Below are positions 13,172 through 31,770 of a stretch of 64,000 nucleotides of DNA, piece after piece. The position numbers were made by a program, and so were the translations under genes. The DNA lies in NCBI GenBank assembly GCA_951406725.2, contig OX597822.1, positions 33,294,001-33,358,000 on the forward strand. Reading direction: 5' to 3'. Position 1 is the first letter of the stretch. Each line of letters begins with the position of its first letter. The notes beneath the pieces are model-generated. The model saw nothing but the letters and a program-made list of their open reading frames with translations, made no database searches and was not told the origin of the DNA. Source of the DNA: Octopus vulgaris (lineage: Eukaryota).

Positions 13172-17465
<4,294 letters not shown>

Positions 17466-17469
17466 CATT

Positions 17470-18013
17470 GAGTAAGAAAGCAGTGCATGCCATCAAAGTG
17501 ACACTGGGTTAAAATATACGAAGCCCAGTATACCTATCATGACTACCCGTCTGATAAGGGTATACTAGGCACATGCATCACAACAATATGTGCGCGAGTT
17601 GGTGATATCATATCAAGATAAACAGCGCATGACCTTGCAGGTGGAGACCAGTTAGAATTTTCCTCTGGTCCAGAAACCCATCCCGCTCCAAAGGTCCCTG
17701 AATAAGGGTTGTTTAAAGATGTTGAACGAAACACCCATGTTTCCAGAGGGGAATTATTCAAACTCCAAAGAATCCCTCTCAACACACGACTATGATGCTC
17801 TCCCATTACTTCTGCTCGTGATCAGAAATGCACATATCATCAGCCACTAAGGCACATGCTTAACTGGTTACGGTCAAACAACTGACAAGCAAATTTGTGG
17901 TGTTGAGAAGAATATTTGCTGTAGGCCATCTTTTATACCAAGACAAAACAATGTACATGATAACACTTCCAATCAGTTAAGATCAGAAGCCATGAGAGCC
18001 ACTGCATCAGGGC

Positions 18014-18014
<1 letters not shown>
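17470..18014 (-). mobile_element. Family D, copy 3
   Basis: Tandem with the LINE and copy 4, separated by (TTA)n. Confidence 0.9.
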
Positions 18015-18056
<42 letters not shown>

Positions 18057-18599
18057 GAGTGAGAGAGCAGTTCATGCCATCAAAGTGACACTGGGGTAAA
18101 ATATACGAAGCCCATTATACCCATCATGACTACCCGTCTGATAAGGGTACACCAGGCACATGCATCACAACCATATGTGCGCGACATGGTGATCTCATAT
18201 CAAGATAAACAGCACATGACCTTGCAGGTGGGGCCCAGTTAGAATTTTCTTCAGGTTGAGTAGCCCATCCCGCTCAAAGGTCCCTGAATAAGGGTTGTTT
18301 AAGGATGTTGAAAGAACCACCCATGTTTCCAGAGGCGAATTATTCAAACCCCAAAGAATCCCTCTCAACACATGGCTATGATGCTCCCCCACTACTTCTA
18401 CTCGTGATCAGAGATGCACATATCGTCAGCCACTAAGGGACATGTTCAACTGGTTAAGGTCAAACAACTGACAAGCAAATCTGTGGTGTTGAGCAGAATA
18501 TTTGCTGTAGGCCACCTTTTATACCAAGACAAAACAATGTATATGATAACCTTTCCAATCAGTTAAGATCAGAAGCCATGAGAGCCACTGCATCAGGGC

Positions 18600-18600
<1 letters not shown>
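18057..18600 (-). mobile_element. Family D, copy 4
   Basis: Collinear; shares with copy 3 the deletion of cctggtactg near the end. Confidence 0.9.
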
Positions 18601-18651
<51 letters not shown>

Positions 18652-19595
18652 GAGTTCAAAATCCACCGAGGTCGACTTTGCTTTTCATCCTTTCGGAGTT
18701 AATAAATTAATTGCCAGTCAAGTACTGAGATGGATGTGATCGACTATACCCCTGACCACAAATTCTAGGCATTGTACCTATAGTAAAAATTATTAATATT
18801 ATCAGCAGCTGCAGCAGCAGCATTAATAAGGTGTCTGTCAATATAATTAAATACAATGATTACAACTCTACCACTACACTGTGAAACGACCATGTAGAGA
18901 GTGTTTTCCTCGTTTGTGCATCACCCCATAAGATGTTTGTCTAAATTACTCCAGCCAAATGAAATTATATGTCATTAGCGAATAAGAAATTATGATGATT
19001 ATTGCTTTATTTCTTTCTTTCATTTTAAACGCTTGTGGCTGCTATAGCGAAGCATCACCGAGTTGATGAACCCGTTTTAAAAATTACTTTATATTTTAAA
19101 CGAATTTTCTTCTTTTTTTTTCTTTTTCAAAATTAGATTTAAAATTGAAGCAATTTAAAATATTATGAAATTTAAGTTCAAATTCGCTGGTCCGTACTAT
19201 TTCATAATATTGGAATTACAAACAAATTTTGATCAAAATCAATACTGATACAATTAGTGGCGAATTCCTGTTTGAAAAATCAGGTAAGTTCGCATTCAAG
19301 TGAGATAGCGCCTTGATATCAACCCACAACTGAAAGCATTTCATTCTAGCAAAGGGCCTCTATTAACTAAGACCTTTCTGAAACTAATCATCAACGCAGA
19401 CTGCGTTTTTGAACTTTTTCCTGATGTCATACCTTATAAACAACAAGAAATAGAGCTTTATTAGTATTTCTTTTATGTGAATTGAAAAACACGTCTTAAA
19501 AACAATGTTTATATGTCTGTATGTGTATTGAGTGTATATCTATACATACGTAGGTAGATAGCTACACATATCCATACATATATAAATACACACAC

Positions 19596-19627
<32 letters not shown>

Positions 19628-19682
19628 GCAAATACGTATATATGGTACTCCACTACGTTCCTAGCGGAATACACCTTAAATT

Positions 19683-19800
<118 letters not shown>

Positions 19801-21180
19801 ATATAATATAATATAATATAATATAATATAATATATAAATATATGCATATATACATACATATATGTACATACCTACATTTATATGTATATATACATCCAT
19901 ATATGGGTACAGGACATCAAAAAAACGTTGAACATAATGAGAAACGAAAACATAAAAACAAAAACATAGAAACGAACTTTTTTTCGAACAACGAGAAAAA
20001 ACAGAGAAACGAGACATACAACATAAAGAATATTCCCCTTCTGCAGTTGTCCTTGTTTCATCTACTCCGCGTTCGAAGGTAATATATATATATATCAACA
20101 AAATTTGCTTTGTAGGAAGTGTTGAAATGTATTTAAAGTGCTTACGTGATAACTATAAACATACTTTTGAACCCCATTGTGTATATATATATGGAGAGGT
20201 AAGTGTGTCTGTTCTAGTTTATGAAGACGTTAGGAACATAATATAACAATTTCAGGAATCTAATTAGTAGTAAAAGATGGATAATACATGAAGTACACAA
20301 TACCTTTAATATATATAACAGCTCACGAAAAAAGAAGCCTATAATCACACATTTACGTAATATTTATATCAGTTATTAATTCCTTTATGGACACCGTAAA
20401 ACCCAGCTTAAATTTGCAACAGAATTCAAATGCCTTTCAAGAATAATACAATAAGCCACCGAACTTCGATTACATAAATATTTTAATGCTGGTTTCTTAA
20501 CAATAACTTCATAGAAAATGCCTTTTTCCAATTGTTATTAGCGACACTTGCAAAGGGGTTTCAAATGTGGTGTTGAAATTGCATTTCTGAGAAAGGTTTT
20601 ATAGGGATTATTCTCTCGCTCTTTACGTTTCTCATCTTTAAATGGATATTCTGAAACATTTCGTAAGCGATGACAATGGTGCATATACGAGGGCAGAAAT
20701 TGTATAATTCAGGACGGAATTGATATCCAAGCTAGAGCTGACTTTATCTTTCATCCCATCATAATCGAGAAAAGAGGTTCTAGTAACGGACAAATTTTAC
20801 AATTGCACCTAATTTTGTTCTCTTTCATTTCTTGGGTTTTTAATTCATAGCAGAGATTTGTATGCTATATGGCCTACTTAGGTATTTTTTCTCTAGTAGA
20901 GTTCATTCGTCTCTAAGGCTGAAAGCAAATTATTTCGTCCAGGAAGAAAGGAAGAGTAAGAATCATGTCGGCCTCGGTAAGATTTGAACACAGAACGCAG
21001 TAGAGCTGCAATCCACAAGGCTTATTTTACTCGGTGCGCTAACAACCCTTCCATATCGCCGCCATACATGCTTCCCAACCAAACGTAAATGTCAAGAATA
21101 TTTGAAAGACTAAAGCAGGCCGTAGACAGTTTCAAATGGAATTCAGAATTGTTTCTCGTGTTCTCTTAAATAATTCAATG

Positions 21181-21556
21181 CTAACCAACCACATGGTTCC
21201 GAGTTCAGTCCCACTGCGTGGCATCTTGGGCAAGTGTCTTCTGCTATAGCCCCGGGTCGACCAATGCCTTGTGAGTGGATTTGGTAGACGGAAACTGAAA
21301 GAAGCCCGTCGTATATATGTATATGTATATATATATGTATGCGTGTGTTTGTGTGTCTGTGTTTGTCCCCCTAGCATTGCTTGACAACCGATGCTGGTGT
21401 GTTTGCGTCCCCGTCACTTAGCGGTTCGACAAAAGTGACCGATGGAATAAGTACTGGGCTTACAAAGAATAAGTCCCGGGGTCGATCTGTTCGACTAAAG
21501 GCGGTGCTCCAGCATGGCCGCAGTCAAATGACTGAAACAAGTAAAAGAGTAAAAAG
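21181..21556 (+). mobile_element. SINE family A, 5'-truncated
   Basis: High identity to 9152-9576. Confidence 0.9.
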
Positions 21557-21954
21557 AGAGTAAGAGTATATACACAAACATACACATGCGTCTTTGTACC
21601 TGTCTGCTTTGATAAAATATAAATACCCACACCTTCAAATTACCTGTTATTAATGTGCTAATTCCTGTAGTCCATTGTACGTTATGCGGAAAATAGGTGC
21701 AGTCAGACTGAGTGTGCTGGAGCAAATCACTATGTTTAGTAAGTAGTACAAAGTATTTAAATCCATCTATCGATTAATGTACCGCACGTTCGCTCTTGCC
21801 GTAGAGAAAATTGTCGTACACGTGAGACAAGTAGGATAATATATCAAATGATGCTACCACAGCTGCATATATTACTTGGCATATTTTTCTGTATCAGATT
21901 TTAGTACATTCTTCAACAAAATCATTACATATTATAGATGCAGACGTGGCTTAC

Positions 21955-22410
21955 AGGTACAGACCTAGCTGTGTGGTAAGAAGTTTAAGTTTGCTTCCTA
22001 ACCACATGATTCCAGATTCAGTCCCATTGCGTGGTAACTTGGGCAAGTGTCTTCTACAGACCAGCGCCTTGTGAGCGGATTTGGTAGATAGAAACAGAAA
22101 CAAGCCAGTCGTGTATATATATATATATAGATACATAAGTATATTCGTGTGGGTATGGATGTATGTGTGTATGCGTGCGTGTATGTGTATGTGTGTGTGC
22201 CTTCGTCTGCATTTATCCCCCTACTACCTCTTGACAACTGGTATTAGAGTATTTACGATCCCACGATTCGGTTAAAGAGATCGACAGAATAAGTACCAGG
22301 CATTAAAAAGGAAGTACTAGGGTCGATTCATACGATTAAAATTTCTCCAAGGTGGTGCGTTAACATGGCCGCAGTCTAATGACTGATACAAGTAAAAGAT
22401 AAAAGGTAAA
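21955..22410 (+). mobile_element. SINE family A, older copy
   Basis: Diverged but collinear. Confidence 0.75.
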
Positions 22411-22499
22411 ATACCACACACACACACACACACACACACTCCTCTTCACTCTGTTACAGTTAGACCTTATCATCTTCCTCTTTTTTCACCAGTACTTAC

Positions 22500-22780
22500 A
22501 ACCGTTTCTTCCACGTCAACACCTACAATAAACTGACTCACTGCATCCTCTTCTCTCCTTACTACTCCTCATATATTGGACAAACTGGTCGACAGGTCTG
22601 ACCGTTTTACCAAACACCTTCGCGACATCAGCCTCGCTAATGACACTCCAATTTCGCGTCGTTTACGTTTGTTTTTGTCCTGATTGGCCTTGATCAGAGG
22701 CCACTCGGACATTATGTTTTTCTCTTCGTATTTCAATCCCTAAGGGTCTAAATTTACCACCGCTTTTCATTTAAATTCTT
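22500..22780 (+). pseudogene. Penelope-like GIY-YIG endonuclease relic
   Basis: From 22572: YIGQTGR, frameshift, SDRFTKHLRDISLANDTPISRR, later PKGLN. Confidence 0.7.
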
Positions 22781-23086
22781 CTTCTGTACGCACTTACATA
22801 TACCACATACATCTTTTGCAATCCAGCCCCCACCCCAACAGATCAGCAATACGCTTTAAAACTCATTACCCAGCACTATACACTAATACCTTGAAACAAT
22901 ATGCACATATACCTAAACTCACGCTCATACACACACACACACACACTCCTATCTAATTTACACACACAAGCACCCACTCTTCCATTACAACACGCTTCCT
23001 GGTTCCTTAGACAAGTGTTATCTACTATATTCCTGGGTTGACCAAAGTTTTGTAAATGGATTTGGTAGATGGAAACTGAAAGAAAC

Positions 23087-23235
23087 GCAAATCCAGAGCT
23101 AACTACGTGCCTTCAGTCACGGCCGACCACCACTGCCTAAGCTGCAGCAGAGCCTTCCGAGCACACTTCTAAGTGATCGGCCATAGCCGGACACCACGTA
23201 ACTCGTCTTCTCTCACGTGACGGATGATCTAATAT
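23087..23235 (+). mobile_element. RTE-type LINE 3' tip inserted inside a family A SINE (~23010-23460)
   Basis: HCLSCSRAFRAHF*VIGHSRT resembles the RTE C-terminal CxxCxRxFxxxIGLxxH motif. Confidence 0.55.
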
Positions 23236-23476
23236 AACATGATACATGCATGTATACATACATATACACATGTATGTCTTTGCATTTGTGTTTGCACCGC
23301 ACCATCGCTTAACAACTACTGCAAGTTTGCTTATGTCCCTGTAAATTATAGGTGTAGTTGGCCAAACGAGACCGACAGAATAAGTACCAGAATACATAAT
23401 TTATTACGTGGCAGAGCCCCCGCATGGCCGCAGTCCAATGATTAAGATAAGAAGATAATACACATAAATACATACA

Positions 23477-23578
<102 letters not shown>

Positions 23579-23726
23579 TATATACATATGTACATCTTGT
23601 CTTAATCAAATATATACGACGAGCTTCTTTCAATTTCCGTCTGCCAAACGAAGCTTTGGTCGGCCTATGTGTATAGATGACATTTGCCCATGTATATATA
23701 TATGTGTGTGTGTGTGTTTGTGTTTA

Positions 23727-23785
<59 letters not shown>

Positions 23786-24381
23786 GTATACATATATATC
23801 AGAATACATGAGTATATGTACAACCACATATATAAGTACATCCATACATAGTTATGCAAAAATGTTTATGGTATATGTACATGAATACAGAAAGATATAT
23901 GCCAATACATATATCCATGTATATGTATGCATGTATGTATGTACGTATGTATGTATGCATGCACATATGCCTTTATGTACAGATACTTTATTTTGAAAAA
24001 TATGTCTACTGTTTTCTAACAACAGGTTATTTATGTAGCCATGCCTATGAAAAATAATAAAATGTATTATTATGTCAATATATAATCATGAATATATAAA
24101 CATACATACATATGGAAATAGATGGCCGTACATATGTTGTATATATCAGCATATTTATTAATATGTACATTTATATATATACATATATATATGCAATGGT
24201 TGTTACATTACCTAAACAAAAAAATTACGAGTCTACAATATATTGAAAAACTCTTGCCAAAAATGAAGTGAGATCTTTGAGATATGCATGACGGGAATCC
24301 TCATATGCGGGAAGTCTCCGAATAAGCGTCGAAAGAATTCAACACAGTCAGAAATGTAGGTGAGCTACGTTACCTTAATGG

Positions 24382-24422
<41 letters not shown>

Positions 24423-24872
24423 CGGATCCACATTGAGACACATACACAGATATATGGTTGCAGTTATAATGTTTTGCCGTAGTTCTTGTTTAATGTTTTT
24501 CTCCTGCACTACTTATGAAAAAAAAAACACTTGCAGTAAAAGAAAGTCCATTGTGCTGATTCCAAAACATTAAAAAAAAATTTCTCAGGAATTCTTGTCT
24601 ACAGATTTTTCAGTGATAGTTCTAACTGACTCGAAATAAACCAAGACAATATTTTCAAACAATTTTATTTTCATCTTAGCAACATGATCTTTACTCCTAT
24701 TTTCTTATTTTCTTCTCTATATTTATAAACTCTTTCGATAATGTTTTTCAATTTTCATATTTTTTTCCCAAAATTTTGAACAAAATAATGATTTTTGTAA
24801 ATATTTTTGAAATATATTATCTTCTCTTTATTCTTATCAGGTCTTATATATTGTGATTAAAACTATCTGTCG

Positions 24873-25096
24873 TCTTTTACTTGTTTCACTCATTGGACTG
24901 CGGCCATGCTGGAGCATCGTCAAACAAAGCGAGTTTTGTTTTCTTAAGCTTGCTACATGTTCCATCGGTTTCCTTTGCCGAACTACTGTGACACGGGAAG
25001 TAAACAAACCAGTACTGGTTGTCAAGCAGCAGGCAATAACAAACACGAACACATATCCACGTATACATACATATACACTCACACACACACACATTC

Positions 25097-25127
<31 letters not shown>

Positions 25128-25300
25128 TGTATGTATGTATGTATACGACGGGATTCCAACAGTTTCCGTGTGTCAAATTCATTTGCAAATCATTGGTTGG
25201 TTTGGAGCAATTGCAGACGACTCTTGTCCAAGATGACGTGCAATAAGACTGAAACCGAAGCCATGTTGGCTGCAAGACTATTTCCCTAACCACACACTCA
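24873..25300 (-). mobile_element. SINE family A, older copy
   Basis: Diverged, collinear, internal (TATG)n. Confidence 0.75.
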
Positions 25301-26090
25301 TACCTCACACTTTTCATGAATGAGCGAACAAGATAACCGAAGGTGTGGTCGGTAGGTACAGTGGAAGTGAATGGTGAAATTAAATTAAGAGAAATAGATA
25401 AAGAAAATGAACTACATTTTTGTAATCCAGCACAAAACGAAAAAAATATAGGAAGTAAAACGAACTTTCCAACGAGGTTTCTTTCCCCAAAGCAAAATCA
25501 AGAACAGCGAGAGACAAATGGGTTTAAATTACATCACGCCTATATTACATAAAAACTCAAGCCAAGGAAGAAATTAAATCCGTTCTGTATACTTGATGAG
25601 GAGAATGAGGGTGAGATCGTCGGAGGCGGCAGTGGCAAGTACTCAACACGGAGACACATGAAAGTGAACCAGATACGATGTTGGCACAGAAGGGTGGCTA
25701 GAGTTGAAATGTTTTACTATATATCTTACAAATGGACATAAGGTCAGTTACCAAGGGGGAAAATTTAAGACGAAGTAGGTTGGACTAAACGTATCCAAAG
25801 AAATCTATTGGCTAACGTAACTTATTGTTTGATCTGAAACAAGCCAAGAACTATATTAAGCTACGCACTTACAGAGACGCACGCGTACACACAGACGCAC
25901 ACACATACATATATAGACATACGCATAGAAACAAACACGCATATGGATGCCCACACACACACACACACACACACGCGCGACGCGCGCGCACACACACACA
26001 CAAATACGTACACAGAAACTCACATACACGTATACAGACACTCATACACTCACTCACATTTTTGATAATTATAATTATGCATACGTATAT

Positions 26091-26338
26091 GTATGTGTGC
26101 GTGTGTATATGTATGTGTGTATAAGTGTGCGTGCGTATATGTATGTGTGTATAAGTATGCGTGCATATATGTATGTGTGTATAAGTATGCGTGCATATAT
26201 ATATGTGTTTATAAGTATTCGTGCATATATATATGTGTTTATAAGTATTCGTGCGTATATGTATGTGTGTATAAGTATGCTATATATATATATATATGTG
26301 TTTATAAGTATTCGTGTGTGTGTGTATGTGTGTATAAG

Positions 26339-26340
<2 letters not shown>
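26091..26340. repeat. 30-bp minisatellite (gtatgtgtgtataagtatgcgtgcatatat) built from microsatellite sequence
   Basis: About 7 units, ataagt recurring every 30 bp. Confidence 0.85.
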
Positions 26341-26417
<77 letters not shown>

Positions 26418-26724
26418 CGTTTTTTGAATTTGCTTGGCAAGAATTTTAATCTGGAACCATGTCTTGAAACCGATACTGTAATATATTTTGGGATAGACAT
26501 ATTGACTATAAAGTTTATAAACACACTCACTGGTTCCGGTTCAGATCACTTTTTGGTCAGATTCCCAGAGTTATATTCCTTCACACTTTTCGGTGATCTT
26601 TATAAACTGAAAGAAACTTTTCCTGGGAATAAGACCAAAACTGAAGCGAACTGCAGCCAGTAAGTGTATTTTTAGGTTTCATAGCCGGCTTGGCTCTCCC
26701 AAAATATAGTAATATATCCATGTA

Positions 26725-26819
<95 letters not shown>

Positions 26820-27119
26820 GGGCGTTCATTAACAATTTGCCCTGACCCACTTCCCGAGGACTGGGATAAACAAAACGTGGCATAATTATTTGTCCTTCTT
26901 TACATAGCCACCACCAATGGTGACTCGTATTCCCGAAGAATATGTTTGAGATATTTCTCAACATTTGAAACTATCAGCAGCACTTAAAGACATGTATTGT
27001 GTCCTTTAAATGAATAACATTTATCTCTCACCAACTGAAATACATTTATTTGCTGAATTTCTATCACAGAACAGTTAATTATGTGTGTGTGTGTGTATGC
27101 ATGTATATGTATGTATATT

Positions 27120-27180
<61 letters not shown>

Positions 27181-27420
27181 GTGTGTATGTATGTATGTAT
27201 GTATGTATATAAATGTAAGATCCAGGGAATGAGGCGTAGGAAGAAAGTCAGTTTCAAGCAATCTGTAGTAAATATTTTTAAAAAAACATCTTTCAGGGAC
27301 AATAGTCGTTTATTGAAACGGAAGGTTGTGGATTTTTCCGTATCGAAGTACGGTACACTGAAAAAAGTTCTTTTAATATTTTACGGTAGGTGACCAGGGT
27401 TGCCGGGTGTGCGAATAAGA

Positions 27421-27742
27421 ATACAAGAGTAACGGAATGGAATAGATAAGATCTGGGCTATATATGTTTCAGAGCGAGCGGAACCTCAGAAGTGGCAAAT
27501 ATCCAGACGAGGTGTATTTCGCAGGCTACTCATCAGGCCAAGGATATCTTGATTAAATGAAAGTTTACATTGCTTCAAAAAAGGTACATATTAATGCATA
27601 GAAAACTCAATCAAGGTATCCTTGGTCTGAAGAGAATCTTGCGGTATACACCTCGCCTGGATATTTACCACTTCTGAAGTTCCACTCGTTATGAAACATA
27701 TGTAGCCCGGATTTTATCTACTCCATTCGGTAACTCTTGTAT
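27421..27742. repeat. Inverted repeat (arms 27421-27554 and 27609-27742) with HHR-like core; probable Penelope-like pLTR fold-back
   Basis: Minus strand of left arm: CTGATGA gtag cctgc GAAA; right arm has CTGAAGA at the equivalent position. Confidence 0.75.
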
Positions 27743-27942
27743 ATGTGTTTGAAAGTTGTGGTTTCTTTGGGTTGTTTGTTCCCAAACAACACTTATTTTA
27801 GTGCTGTTGACACCACCGAATTGAATGGTACTGCCCAGGTGAAGAAACCATTATGATATCCGTGGGGAAGCTGATGATGAAATTATGTTTGGTTGTTATA
27901 GCTGTTTTTGTATGCGTGGAATAGTATTATAACACATCATTT

Positions 27943-27979
<37 letters not shown>

Positions 27980-27983
<4 letters not shown>

Positions 27984-28382
27984 GTTGGCCAGAAAGCAGA
28001 AAGTAATTTCGTTTTTCACAAATAGAGTTACGCTATTTTTGAATGACGTCTGTCAATGTAATGATTTTTTCGTTTTGACGTTTGATAACCGTTACTTTTA
28101 ACTTACTTTAGAAGCAAATTACGCGTAATTTTGTTTACTGTTGTTAGTTCATTGTCAATTTTAACATGGAGTGCAAAAATGAACAATTTTGCCATTTTTT
28201 TTTCCCGTAAAGATAAGAAATCTGCTGAGGCTCACAAAGAGATAAGTGAAGGTTATGGTGTTGGCTATTTAACAGAACGCACATGTCAGAAATGGTTTTA
28301 AAAATTCCGTACATTCTTTGTATTAAAACAAATACCATTTATTTCACACTAAAGAACAGAAATTATCCTCTTGGCAACCCAA
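27980..28382 (+). mobile_element. Internally deleted mariner (MITE-like)
   Basis: TA|ttgggttggc...ggcaacccaa|TA termini; transposase N-terminus MECKNEQF...EAHKEISEGYG..LTERTCQKWF. Confidence 0.85.
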
Positions 28383-28438
28383 TATGTATATATTTTCGAA
28401 GGTAAGGACAAGACGCGACCATATATATACATATACAT

Positions 28439-28563
<125 letters not shown>

Positions 28564-28581
28564 AATATATATATATACATA

Positions 28582-28619
<38 letters not shown>

Positions 28620-28671
28620 CATAAATATATATATATATATATATACATAAATATATATATATATACATAAA

Positions 28672-28731
<60 letters not shown>

Positions 28732-28777
28732 ATTTATATGTACGTTTATATGCATCTATATATATTGTGTATAGATA

Positions 28778-29175
28778 TCTTTATATATAAAAGTGAGGTT
28801 GTGTGTTGTCTGTCTCCTACGATTTAGATTCCAAACTACTCCCAGATTTTGCGGTGCAGTTTAACCAAAACCGGGTATCTTATAGTCATGATTCATATCG
28901 AGCCCTTCTGGGTATTAGCGTGCATCTACGATGAGTCTACGATTTAAAAGAAAATTACCATCAATTTTTCCCTTTTTAATGCATTTTTGGCATATATAAG
29001 GGAAGTAACTCTCTAAAAATTTATTATTAAATCTCAGAACGTAAAAAGCTACAGTAACACCCCCCCCCCCTTTGTGGTTAGCAATATTGAGATGGCTATT
29101 ATACTTTACATCTCTAAAAATGCTTATATAGTTATTTCCCTTACAAACCCGAGCAACGCCGGGCGGTACTGCTAG
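28778..29175 (+). mobile_element. Non-autonomous Helitron
   Basis: A|TC start, subterminal ccgagcaacgccggg hairpin, CTAG|T end; second copy at 61983-62382. Confidence 0.88.
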
Positions 29176-29270
29176 TATTTATATAAATTTATAAATAAGG
29201 ATAATATCGATATTATCAAGTGGCCAGCATGGGAAAAAATACCGTACAAAGGTGATAATTTTTTACAACT

Positions 29271-29548
29271 AAAAATAAGGGCGTCTGAGAGACACCACCA
29301 TGCCGAAATAGCAGTCAAAACCCTGACTTTAAAAACCATGTTATATGTTCATATCGTATCATGAGATAAGACAGAGGGACAAAATAGACTAGCAAAAAAT
29401 ATTACTGAATGTATTCAATAATATTTTTTGCTAGTCTATTTTGTCCCTCTGTCTTATCTCATGATATGATATGAACATTTAACGTGGTTTTTAAAGTCAG
29501 GGTTTTGACTGCTATTTCGGCATGGTGGTGTCTGTCAGACACCCTTAT

Positions 29549-29552
<4 letters not shown>
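29271..29552. repeat. 140-bp-arm fold-back palindrome, 2-nt loop, abutting (TA)n
   Basis: 29271-29410 versus 29413-29552 with few mismatches; degenerate HHR-like CTGA..GA...GAAATAGCAGTC. Confidence 0.9.
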
Positions 29553-29618
<66 letters not shown>

Positions 29619-29830
29619 ATATATGTATATATATACTGTTGTGAAGCATGACTGTCACCACTACTACATGAACCTGAAGATTGCAGAATTTAATGCATGA
29701 AAGTACTAGTTCAATCAGAATGAACATTTAACATTCTATTATTTTATTTTATTTTATTATATTATATTATCTTATATCATTATAAGATTGTAAATAAAAC
29801 GTGAAAATCAGCCAAGGTTGGAATTCCTTT

Positions 29831-29887
<57 letters not shown>

Positions 29888-29888
<1 letters not shown>

Positions 29889-31179
29889 GAGGGGCGTTCA
29901 ATAAGTAATGCCTTTGACCCACTTGCAGTTTTTTGATCTAGCTGAAATTTTGCATGTGCAATTATTGATATCTCTATAGATTAAGTGGCAAATTACAGCT
30001 CTGAACTAATTGTGGTTTCCGATTTACAGGTGTTTGAATTGAATCAAGTGTGAAATGGAGCATGTTGAGTGTCGAGCAGTGATCCGGTTTTTGTATTTGA
30101 AAGGACGCACACCACGGGAGACTTTTGATGAAATGAAAGTAACTTATGGTGTTGATGCCCCATCATATGATCTTGTAAAATGCTGGCATCGTGAATTCAA
30201 ACATGGTCGGAACTCTGTGGAAACAGCTCCCAGATCTGGTCGCCCCTTCTGCCATTGATGAGGCATCTGTCTGTCAAGTTGAGGCTGCCATTTTGGAAGA
30301 TCGACGCATATCTATTCGCCAAATAGCCCATGAGGTCAAGATTAGTACCGGGTCTGTAGAAACTATCATTCAGGACCATTTGCATATGCAAAAGGTGTCT
30401 GCCAGATGGATTCCCAGGTTGCTCACACCTTTCCGGGAAGCAAGAACGCGTCGATTACTCGAAGATGAATTTGGAGATGTGCCAAGAAGATGAGTCAAAA
30501 CTTTTCAAAAGACTGATTGCATAGGATAAAACCTGGTTCCATCACTATGATTCAAAGACCAAAGCCCAGTCAATGCAGTGGAAGCACCGTGACTCACCTC
30601 CTCCAAAGAAGGCAAGGGTGCAGCCCTCCGCTGGCAAGGTCATGCTTACAGTCTTCTGGGACCAGGACGGAGTAGTGAAGACAGATTTCCTGACAAAGGG
30701 TGCCACAATTACAGGAGTCTATTATGCTTCACTTTTGAGGAAATTAAGAGAAGCTATCAAAATCAAGAGGCGGGGCAAGATCAGCAAAGGCATCCTCCTC
30801 CTGCAGGACAACGCTCCGATCCACAACTCGCGTGTCGCCAGATCAGAAGCACAGGCGTGCGGCTATGAACTCATCCCCCATCCCCCCTACCCTCCTGACC
30901 TTGCACACTCTGATTTTCACCTCTTCCCAACCATGAAGTTGTTTTTGAAAGGAAAGCGTTTCCCAGATGATGCAGCCTTGATTTGTGAAGTCACGTCGTG
31001 GTTGGAGGACCAAGCTGGGGTCTTCTACAAAAACGGTCTCCATAGCTGCATAAAACGATGGTAGAAATGCGTAACTCTGGGTGGTTCCTATGTAGAAAAA
31101 GACTAATAGCTGTTCCAAGTTTCGTTGCTCTACTGCTATGAGAAGTGGGTCAGGGGCATTACTTATTGAACGCCCCTCG
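29888..31179 (+). mobile_element. Full-length mariner (D,D34D) DNA transposon in (TA)n
   Basis: ~37-bp TIRs cgaggggcgttcaataagtaatgcc..tgacccactt, TA flanks, 1292 bp. Confidence 0.96.
30055..31106 (+). pseudogene. Mariner transposase pseudogene
   Basis: HTH N-terminus, RSGRP, WIPRLL, DKTWFHHYD, LLQDNAPIH, HPPYPPDLAHSDFHLF; frameshifts and in-frame stops. Confidence 0.95.
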
Positions 31180-31223
<44 letters not shown>

Positions 31224-31229
31224 CTGTGT

Positions 31230-31285
<56 letters not shown>

Positions 31286-31302
31286 TATTTCTATATATAT
31301 AT

Positions 31303-31770
31303 ATGTAAGACATTTAGAAAATTTCAATTCGTGATAGAATCAGTATACATACCAAAAACTATTGTTTATGGCCACTTTAATGTGGTTGTCCTCTAAGAGA
31401 CGACGATACTGCTATTTAACCCTAGGAAGACATCTTCAACCGGTTTATTCACGGCACTTCTCGCACTCGATATTTATTGCAAGCGGAAATAACTCCTGCC
31501 ACCCTAGCTTCGACACCACCACATCACGTCATTTCAATCTGCGTTGGATCTTCTCGGTGACGGGTACTTGTTCGACAGGCATGCAGCAGCTTACTTCGCT
31601 TGCAATATATAGAAAATGCAGTGTCATACAGTCACTGATTTTGTAACTAGGAAACTAGTTAGAAAATGGATCGTCGTCTCTTAGAGGACAGTTACATTAA
31701 ACTGGCCTGAACAATACATTTTGGTTCCTATACTGCTTTGATCTCGAACAGAGATTTTCGTGTTTTACAT
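31303..31770. repeat. Diverged inverted repeat (arms ~31303-31404 and ~31669-31770)
   Basis: tgtcctctaagagacgacgat / atcgtcgtctcttagaggaca perfect core, outer arms diverged; between microsatellites. Confidence 0.75.

Noticed and set aside
17543-18392. Paired ORFs MGEHHS.VLRGILW in family D copies
   Set aside because: Non-ATG starts, frames diverge between copies, no recognisable domain
19137-19290. Strong CAG|GTAAGT donor with an upstream polypyrimidine tract
   Set aside because: All frames contain stops and no partner exon was identified
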